From Octopus vulgaris (Eukaryota): 64,000 bases of DNA. The DNA is taken from NCBI GenBank assembly GCA_951406725.2, contig OX597838.1:16244001-16308000 (forward strand), read 5' to 3'. Shown here one piece after another: positions 54,290-64,000 of this stretch (position 1 is the stretch's first letter; each line of letters opens with the position of its first letter). Under the pieces are notes generated by a model. It ran no database searches. It was not told where the DNA came from and saw nothing but the letters and a program-made list of their open reading frames with translations. Made by a program: the position numbers and the translations under genes.

Positions 54290-56003
54290 TAATCACTCGG
54301 AGAATCTAATGAAGGTTTTTTTGTAATTGAATCACTAAACTCATCACCTTTTAAGACCTCTATTATTTCATCAGTTGGGGATTGAATGCGTTGCAAGCTG
54401 TAATAGGGAAGGGGCCACAGTCTCCATTTGAAAGGCAGATAAAAGAACACAAACATACTCTATCGTTGGTAAACAGATATATATTACTTACATAGTCAGA
54501 AAAGAACACTTGTGTGTGCATGGGAAAGAGAGAGTAAGAAAAGATAATGATGCCTAAGTGTATTTGAGTATTTAACATATGTCTGTGTGAAAGAGACAGA
54601 GAGAAAAGGAGAAAGAGAGAGAGAGTGTGTGTGTGTGTGTTAGACAAGAGATTAATATAGATGAAAAAGGGAAAAAATCATTGAGTGAGAAAGGCAGAAA
54701 TTGAACATACATCCATTAAGATTGCACTTGTTACATTCTCGGCTGCTCTCTCTCTCTGCCTTGCACCAGGAAATATGTTCTCATCTTGCACACACACACA
54801 CACACACACATACATACACACACACAGAAATGAAGCAGAGAAGAGGCAAAAAGAATATGTTTAAATGAAAATGCGAAAGAAATTAATGAAGAAATGACGG
54901 AAAAGAAAATAACATACAAGATGGTTTAAGGTAGAATAAAATAGAGATAGAACAACAGAGAGGGAGAGAAAGAGACCAAGAGAGACGGAGAGCAGAAGAG
55001 AGAGAGAGAGAGAGAGAGTAGGAAGAAAGCGATAATCAGATAGCATTATGTTTATACACAAACAAATAAAGAATATTGCAAAAAGAATTCCGTTTTCTGG
55101 ATTTCCATTTTTGTTTTATTTTCTTGTTAAAAGGAGGAATGGCATAACAAAAGACTCCGTGCTAGATTAGATAAGCAGGAAAAATTGACGCAAAACAAAC
55201 GCCGCCATCATCAAACACGGATTGTATCTTTGGAAAAGGGAAATTATTATTCAAAATGGCCGCAGTTAAAGATGATTCTTATTTTTAGTCCATTATACAT
55301 ACATACATACGTACATACATATGAATATGTGTGTGTATTTAAGTATGTATGTGAGTATTTATGTGTATGTAAGTGTGTATATGTGTGTGTGTGGGTGTGT
55401 GGGTGTGGTGTTAGGATGATGTGCGTAAAAATCACAAACAGAAGCCAACAAAAATCGTACACATCAGCTAAATATATGATCTGATTTTTCTAGAAGAATT
55501 TTGTTTTCAATACAACTGTACAAAACAGACATATTTTACAAAAAAATTCTTCCGCAAAAGCCAGCCATTAAACATTAAAATGCTACGAAGCAGAATGAAA
55601 CATATGCACATATTCAATAGGATGCACACATATGTATATACAGATATCCATGTACACTTTTGTGCGATTAAATGTCCTTCATATTTCTACTTACTTTCTA
55701 TTTTTTTTAGTGGAAGAGGGATTAATTTCATAAATAAAACCCTTATAATATATTTTCGTTCAAAATTTTTCACTGAAAATTTGCTTATATAATGTAAAGA
55801 CAAGACAAAAATGGCTACGAAATGAAGATAACGCAGAAGATGTTTGTCAAATTTTCTTCCATAAATGACAAATATTCAAATAATAATCTATGAAACGATG
55901 ACGGTCTTTCTTTATTTGCCACAAGATCCAAAACAAGGTAACACTACAATACAATATAACACACACACACAGACGAGTATTCAATGGAGTTAGATACAAC
56001 ACT

Positions 56004-56043
<40 letters not shown>

Positions 56044-57699
56044 AAAACCATATCAGTATGGAAAAGCTGATGTAAATTGATGATACTGAAATATTTATGT
56101 TATTTACAAAACTTAACATTCTTAATGTTAAATTGTAATTAAAATTTATATATGTATGTGTGTGTGTGTGTGTGTATGAGAATATAAATCTTGCTTTCTA
56201 GCTTACATAAAAAACATTGATAAGGTCATTAATTAACAATGAGGAAAAGAAGAAAAGGGTTTATAATTATCAAAAACATAGTTTCTTTATTTTTATCTGA
56301 AAAATTATTGAGAATTACTTCCAAATTCTAACCTAAGCTACAAACGACATTGAAAATAAAATCACTGCACTTGGGATGTCCCAAAAATATGGCACTTAGA
56401 CATATTACTTATATGATAGCAAAAAATAAATTTAAATGATATTAAGAACAATGTATGTGTGTATCTACCTGTAGGTGTGTGTATGGATGTACATATGCCA
56501 GTTGGGAAAAAGGAACTTTAAATAATGATGATGAAATGTGTGTGTATGTGTGTATTATACATATATAAACAGTGGAAAATTTGCTAAACTCGTTAATAGA
56601 AAAGGAAAAAAATTTACTGGGTCAACATAGGTTTTCAGTTTGATTTGATATTAAAGATCAAAAATAAATATGTTTATATAATGAATATAATTATCCAAAA
56701 TTAAAACACTGTCACAATGTCCAACAAAGAAGGTCAGGTCACAAATAGAAGCGAATTTGATATAAAACAGCTGGTCGAGAGAGACATTTGCTAAAATATG
56801 TTATATTTTAAGACAGAAATAAAATTTTAATAAAAATACAGCTGTTACATTGTTTGGTAACAATTAGCAACTAATAATGATAATAATGATGAGGATGATG
56901 AAGAAGATGAAGATGAGGATGATTTTTTTTTTTTAACTTTACCACAAGATGGCAAATATTTTATCAACCCCAGTACTTTACAGTTGTTATTTGTCTTGCT
57001 GAGCCTGGGAGAATAAATGTTAAAATAAAGACTTCATCTGGATTTGAACCCTGTTGCAGCTTTGGCTTGACACATTGTGCATGAATGTCACAATTGCTCA
57101 ATGCCCTAAAGATTCATATTTGACTACTCAAAAGACTCCATATTACGACTTGTAAAAATAATAACAGTTTCAAATTTTGGCAGACGTCCAGCAGTTTTAC
57201 ATGGGTGAGATTATAACATCGACCCCAGTGCCGGACAAATAACCATCTTATCAACTCTGAAAGGCAAAAACAGTGACTTTGTGGTAAGAAGCTTGCTTCT
57301 CAACCACAAGGTTCCAGGTTCAGTGCCACTGCATGGCACCTTAGGCAAGTGTCTTCTATTATAGCTTCAAGCCAACCAAAGTGGATTTGGCATACAGAAA
57401 CTGAAAGAAGCCCATCATATATACATACACACACATACACATTTATATATATGTATATATATGGCGGTGAGATGGCAGAAACGTTAGCGCGCCGGGCGAA
57501 ATGCTTAGCGGTATTTCGCCTGTCATTACGTTGTGAGTTCAAATTCCGCCGAGGTCGACTTTGCCTTTCATCCTTTCGGGGTCGATAAATAAAGTACCAA
57601 TTTCGCACTGGGGTCGATGTAATCGACTTAATCCCTTTGTCTGTCCTTGTTTGTCCCCTCTATGTTTAGCCCCTTGTGGGTAGTAAAGAAATATATATG

Positions 57700-57731
<32 letters not shown>

Positions 57732-57869
57732 TATGGAGTGGTTGGCATTGGGAAGGACATCTAGCCATAGAAACCATGCCAAATCAGACTAGAGTCTGGT
57801 GCAGCCTTCCAGTTCTGATCAAGTCATCCAACACATACCAGCATGGACAACAGATGTTAAATGATGATG

Positions 57870-57919
<50 letters not shown>

Positions 57920-58680
57920 TACATATTGTTATAATTCAGGATGGTCATGTAGTGCCAAATAAACACAGGCACTACATATTCATCCTTCATTTGTTTATTA
58001 TAGTTCATAGTTTATCTTATGTCCATTGTCTGGAAAGCTTACATCACACACCTGTGACCTCTTCAGCGACCTATCCATCCCACATTTCTCCTCCTGTTCT
58101 GTTTAAGCCATTCATAAACGTATATGTGTGTGGGGTAGAGTTGTGTTTCTTTGTCCCCCACCACTACCAGTGTTGGTGTGTTTACATCCCCATAACTTAG
58201 TCGCTTGGCAAAAGAGACCAATAGAAAAAGTACCCGGCTTTAAAAAAAATAAGCACTGGGGGTTGATTGATTCGACTAAAAATTGCTCAAGGCAGTGCCC
58301 CAGCATGGCCAGTCTAATGACTAAAACAGCTAAAGAAAAAAAAAAAAAAAAAAACGAGAAATGTTGCTAAGCATTTTGTCTGAAGCACTAATGATTCTAC
58401 CAACTCACTACCTTACTACTATTACTACTACTACTACTACTACTTTTCAATTTCAGAACAAGCCCAGCAGTTTTAGGGGAGGAGATAAGTCAATGACATT
58501 AACCCCAGTTTTTCAGACTCATACTTATTCTATCTACAGCCAAGAAGCATGAAAGGTAAAGTTGACTGCAACAGCATTTGAACTCAGAACATAAAGGACC
58601 AAAAGAAATGCATCTTGTCCAGTGCAGTAACATTTCTGCCAGCTACTGGCTTAGTAATTATTATTATTATTATTATTATT

Positions 58681-59880
58681 AAGGTCTCAAGCTGGCAGAA
58701 CTGTTAGCATGCTGGATGAAATGTTTAGCGGGATTTCGCCCATTGCTACGTTCTGAGTTCAAATTCTGCCAAGGTCGACTTTGCCTTTCATCCTTTCAGG
58801 TTGATAAATTAAGTACTAGTTGCGTACTGAGATCAATCTAATCGACTGGCCTCCTCCCCAAAAATTTCAGGCCTTGTGCCTAAAGTAGAAAAGATTATTA
58901 TTAATATTAAAGCGACAAACTGGCAGAATCGTTAATGCACTGGGTGAAATGCTTAGCGGTATTTCGTCCATTTTTATGTTTTGTGCTTAAATGCCACCAA
59001 GGTCAACTTTGCCCTTCATCCTTTCAGAGTCAATAAATTAAGTACCAGTGAAACACTGGGGTCCATGTAATCAACTAGTCCCCTCCCCCAAAATTTCAGG
59101 CCTTATGCCTTCAGTAGAAAGGATTAGTATTATAATTATCATGAATATTAAGACAGCAAGCTGGCAGAATCATTAGCACGCTAGACGAAATACCCAGCAG
59201 TATTTCACCTGTCGCTAGATTCTGAGTTCAAATTCCACCACGGTCAACTTTGCCTTTCATCCTTTCAGTGTTGATGAAATAAGTACAAGTTGAGCACTGG
59301 GCTCAATGTAACAAATTAGCCCCCCCCCCCCCGCCTCACAACCCCACAATTTCAGACTTTTGCCTATAGTAGAAAGAATTATCATTACTACTATTTATTA
59401 AGGCAGCGAGCTGGCAGAATCATTAGCACACCAGAAAAAATGCCTAACAGCATTTTGTCTGTCATTATATTCTGAGTTCAAATTCCACTGAGGTCGACTT
59501 CACCTTTCGTTGCTTCAGGGTCGATAAAATAAGTACCAGTTGAACTCTGAGGTCAATGAAATTGACTTAACCCTCCCCTGAAATTGCTGGCCTTGTGCCA
59601 AAATTTGGAACCATTATTGTTATTACTATCATTATCATTATTACTATTATTATAATTATTATTATTTAGGGCAAGCTGGCAAAGTTGTAAGTACACTGGG
59701 CAAAATGCTTAGCAGTATTTTGTCTGTCTCTATGTTCTGAGTTCAAATTCTGCCGAAGTCGATTTTGCCTTCTATCCTTTTGGAGTCAATGAAATAAGTA
59801 CCAGTTGAGCACTGGCATCAGTGTAATTGACTAGCCCCTCCCCCAAATTTAAAGCATTGCTCCTATAATAGAAAGGATTA
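58681..59880 (+). mobile_element. Head-to-tail array of five diverged family B SINEs separated by (ATT)n
   Basis: Units start near 58681, 58909, 59149, 59400 and 59668, each reading AAG..CTGGCAGAA...GCCTT..ATCCTTT...CCTCCCC...AGAAAGGATTA. An inverted copy precedes them at ~58445-58655. Confidence 0.85.
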
Positions 59881-60495
59881 TGATGGTGATGATGATGATG
59901 TTGAGGAGGAGGATAATTGCTTAACTTTAATTACTTGAAATTAGCCAAAGAGCAGTTTGTGTAACGACAGAATTCAGCTCATTTATTTAATACAAGTATC
60001 TTACAGGATATTTCTACTTCACCCCTGCAAGAACCACTAGAAAATAAAAGGAAAAAAAAAAAGATGGTCAAGTATGAGAGACAAGAAGAACAATAAAAGA
60101 ATGTGACGTCACACTACAGTCTCTGACCCATAAGCCAGTTCGTCTTCTACTATTGCTACCAATTCCACCATTCTGATAATAACTACTACTGTTACTACTA
60201 TTTTTAATATATGTTCACAGATTTAGGTGGAAATTAGAATAGATTTGATTAAATCATTCCTAGCCTTTGACTGGTATTTATATCATACCAACCATAAAAG
60301 GATGAAAAGCAAATATTAACTTAGATGGGATTTGAACTCAGAACATAACAAGACAAAACAAATACCACAAAGCATTTTAACCAGAGCTTACCTCTTTCCC
60401 AGTTCTGCCATCCACCATTCTAATATATATATCGCCATGTTGAATCGTTAGCCCCTACACGCAATTTTTTTCTCTCCTTGTTTCTTTTCTGTGTA

Positions 60496-60533
60496 TCTTT
60501 CTGTCGAAGAGCGTAGGCTCGAAACGTAAAAGA
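60496..60533 (+). ncRNA. Ultra-minimal hammerhead-like motif with A6U core variant
   Basis: TCTTT-CTGTCGA-A-GAGC-GTAG-GCTC-GAAA-CG-TA-AAAGA. 5-bp stem I, 4-bp stem II, ACGT palindromic stem III. It lies in a ~200-bp island flanked by TA repeats. Confidence 0.6.
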
Positions 60534-60658
60534 CTTTGTTTTATTTCTGTTCCTGAGCGCCATACTAATACATTGTTTGTTTGTACTCCACCTGCCTTCG
60601 TCTTTTGTTTATTTTCGTAAACCTTCCCGTTATATATATATATATATACACACATATG

Positions 60659-60694
<36 letters not shown>

Positions 60695-60700
60695 CACACA

Positions 60701-60911
60701 CAAGGGGGTGCTGAAAAGTTCCTGGCTTTGGGTAAAAGAAAATACAGGAGGATCAGTTAATGATGATTTTATTCAACATATTCCCCCTGCAAACCCTTGT
60801 TGCAGTGGTCCTTCAGTTTTTCTCAGCTCTGTAAAAGAACTCGGACAGTTGGGCCTCCAATCAGGACCTTTGTAATACTCTTAAAGCCAGGAACTTTTCA
60901 GTATCCTTTTG
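60701..60911. mobile_element. Mariner-like MITE
   Basis: ~28-bp TIRs AAGGGGGTGCTGAAAAGTTCCTGGCTTT / AAAGCCAGGAACTTTTCAGTATCCTTTT. Confidence 0.7.
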
Positions 60912-60919
60912 TGTGTGTG

Positions 60920-60956
<37 letters not shown>

Positions 60957-61303
60957 GTATTACTCTGTCTTTGGTATTTGAGTACTATTTTTTCCACCTT
61001 GTTTTGCATCTATGTGCTTACTTGTGCATGCGTTGTGTGTGTATACATATAAGGATACTGATTATTTTTGACTAAATACAAGGCCAGATGTTGTAGGATT
61101 ACTGATATATAATATGTTTGATACAACAAAGACAAAACAAAACACTAGAGTACATTCCAGCCAATGTTCTTATTCCTATCCTCTAACCTATACGACAATC
61201 TGCCAACCAAGTTGTGGCCACCACACTTTCCTTGACATAGCAGCCAAATTTCCTTCAAATTTCACCCAGCTTTCATTATTTAAAAAAAAAAGTGAAACAT
61301 TAA

Positions 61304-61514
61304 CCCTTTAGCATTTAAACTAGCTAAAAGTATTCTACCTGTTTTATGTTCAAACTGGCTAGATCTGGTCTCTCACACCAACCCTACAATATCATCTTAA
61401 AAATTAACAGCTACCTCATCAAAATCTCATAGCTACAAGATAATGCACGATTAATTCAAAACAATGTGGATGAAGAAGCATTAATTTTGGCAGAATAATG
61501 CGAACACTAAAGGG
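61304..61514. mobile_element. piggyBac-type MITE
   Basis: TTAA-CCCTTTAG...CTAAAGGG-TTAA. Same family at 19282-19502, 37511-37724 and 50192-50407. Confidence 0.8.
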
Positions 61515-62102
61515 TTAAACAATACAGTCCTTGATATACACAAAATGGCAAGATAGTCATGGTTGGAACACCTTTAATCATAAGTATCTGCATCCAGAGC
61601 TGACCTTCGGCTAAACTTCAACAATAACAGGTTTTCCAGAAATGCAACTTCAATTATTTTCATCTAATTTCTGCTATTTTTACCCAATTACTGCATTTCA
61701 GCCAACAACTGCTACAGCCAATTGGCATGAAAAACCATCCCATTCCATTCAATAAATAGTCAGCTACCTATACATGATGGTGGTGGTTGTGGCGGCGGCG
61801 GCGGTGGTGGTGGTGGTGGTGGTGGTGGCAGTGTTTAATTCCAGGTCAGCTTTAGACTAGCAGACCTCTGACCAAAATGTGCTTCAGTTTTATCAGTTAG
61901 CCTTCAGACACGGTGTACCTAGGACTACATTATCAATTCTGCACTTCTCTTTTCATGACAACTGAGTGTGATTCAAGGGCAATTTGGGCTGTTATTTCTG
62001 GTTGGTCAACCAAGTGCAAGATTCCTGTGTGCAACTGGTTGACTTTGGATGGGTGGGGAAACAGACAAACAAAAGTATCTGTGCACACACACACACACAC
62101 AC

Positions 62103-62199
<97 letters not shown>

Positions 62200-62276
62200 T
62201 ATAAAATAATAATTTATACCGGTGGTTAGCATGCGTGATAAAAGTCAGAAGACATAAATATTTTTTTATAATATAA

Positions 62277-62455
62277 GAGTGTATAAAAATTTATACACGA
62301 AGAGAAGACTACCAAGTGGACTTCTTACATGTTAAAGAGGACAGACAAATCCCAAACCACAAAAAAACATTTTCATGGCTTGGGATTTGACTGCTCTCTT
62401 TAGCATGTATGAAATCCACAGAGTGGTCTTCTCTTCATGTATAAATTTGTATACA

Positions 62456-62458
<3 letters not shown>
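62277..62458. repeat. Fold-back inverted repeat with ~82-bp diverged arms
   Basis: GAGTGTATA...GAAGAGAAGAC...CAAATCCCAA pairs with TTGGGATTTG...GTCTTCTCTTC...TATACACTC. Confidence 0.88.
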
Positions 62459-62528
<70 letters not shown>

Positions 62529-62573
62529 AAATGAGATGACAAAGGAATAAACGATTATCAAATGAACTTCATT

Positions 62574-62654
62574 AGCTTACAGCTGTTTCTGCTACAAGAT
62601 GCTGTGGACTCATAGTTGAGTGCCTGAGTAACACCTTATAGCTTCATCAGAGCC
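62574..62654 (-). ncRNA. Minimal type I hammerhead ribozyme motif (Penelope-like element type)
   Basis: Minus strand reads GGCT-CTGATGA-A-GCTATAAGGTGTT..(ACTCA/TGAGT)..AGCATCTTGTAGC-A-GAAA-CAGCTG-TA-AGCT. Intact core, 13-bp stem II with G-U pairs, palindromic stem III, GUA cleavage triplet, 4-bp stem I. Confidence 0.8.
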
Positions 62655-62797
62655 TCAAGTAATCACTTCATTCCGAAGCATGAGTATACTGAGTTCCACA
62701 CCAGTTTATCAGTCTCGCAATGCCTAAGCAAAATATCGAAACACAAAACCTCCATCTGAAAGAGTCTAACAACTAACAATAAAAAAAATAAATAAAT

Positions 62798-62869
<72 letters not shown>

Positions 62870-63576
62870 GGTGATAAGGATTCAATACAATCAAGGCACA
62901 ACAATACTTGGTATGCTGGAATGGCTAGGCACAATAACATGGAGCTCACAGTCAAGTAAACAACATTGAACACATCAAGTGTTGTTAGGATAAGAACCTC
63001 AGTCTCAGAGCTACAGAGAGACAAACAAAAAAGTGTTTGCATATGTATACACACGCACATAATAAAATGAAGGAGAGACAGATGTGTGAGTATAATTTTT
63101 GACACAAATACACACACACCCAGCTGCTACAAACCAGCCCCAACTCTCTAATAAAACAATTACACACACATTTACAGGAGATATTGCTCTATGACAAATC
63201 TTCTGGAGAATTCTTTTGCACAAGACTTTTAAGAATCAAGTGAAGGAAGTGTTTTAAAACCATATCTATATTTTGTATATGCACACACATACATCATCAT
63301 CATCATCATCATTTAGCGTCCGCTTTCCATGCTAGCATGGATTGGACAGTTCAACTGGGGTCTGGGAAGCCAGAAGGCTGCACCAGGCCCAGTCTGATCT
63401 GGCAATGTTTCTACGGCTGGATGCCCTTCCTAATGCCAACCACTCCATGAGTGTAGTGGGTGCTTTTTACGTGCCACCCGCACAGGTGCCAGACGGAGTG
63501 GGCAAACAGCCACAGACAGATGGTGCTTTTTACGTGCCACCGGCACGACATATATATAAATATACGCACTTAAATA

Positions 63577-63611
<35 letters not shown>

Positions 63612-64000
63612 CACATTGTCTTTTACAGTTCTGATTCAATTATGAGATTTTCACTCAATAAAAATTTGTATTTGTATCAAATTAATCATATGTGTGTGTG
63701 TGTACATGTGTGTGTACACGTGTGTGTGGGTGTGTGTACACGTGGGTGTGTGTGTGTGTATATGTGTGTGTGTACACGTGGGTGTGTGTGCACATGTATC
63801 TGAATGTGAGATCATGAGCATATGTGTGTGGGTTGAATATATGTACATGGATACATACACAAAAAAAATATCTGCCACACCCTAATATTGTTAATTATTA
63901 TAATTAGCACTGTCCTCCCATTGAAGACTGGGTCTCTGGAATGATTTGAGCTAGATTTCTAACAAATCCTTATCACTTTTATTATTATTCTCCTCCTTGT

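Overview
Eukaryotic genomic DNA: AT-rich and dense in microsatellites and SINEs, most consistent with an octopus or other coleoid cephalopod (inferred from repeat content). The only host gene I can support is a kinesin-3 motor (unc-104/KIF1A/KIF1B type) on the minus strand. Six coding exons (CDS 37980-37881, 28179-28097, 23371-23192, 21134-21069, 10061-9883, 8192-8081) splice in frame through GT-AG sites and encode the first 240 aa of the motor domain. The gene continues past position 1, and its non-coding first exon lies somewhere above 37990. The rest is intron or upstream sequence containing tRNA-derived SINE families, LINE fragments (CR1/L2, RTE, R4/Dong), a non-autonomous Helitron, piggyBac-, hAT- and mariner-type MITEs, and minisatellites. 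The most notable hidden structure is a set of short islands inside (TA)n tracts. Three carry minimal type I hammerhead ribozyme motifs: one with an intact core at 62574-62654 and two with variant cores at 23770-23842 and 60496-60533. Six are long fold-back hairpins, most containing the 3' half of a hammerhead. These look like Penelope-like retroelement pseudo-LTR remnants, and one hairpin sits about 65 nt from the acceptor of the P-loop exon. Most of the supplied ORFs are microsatellite or SINE artefacts.
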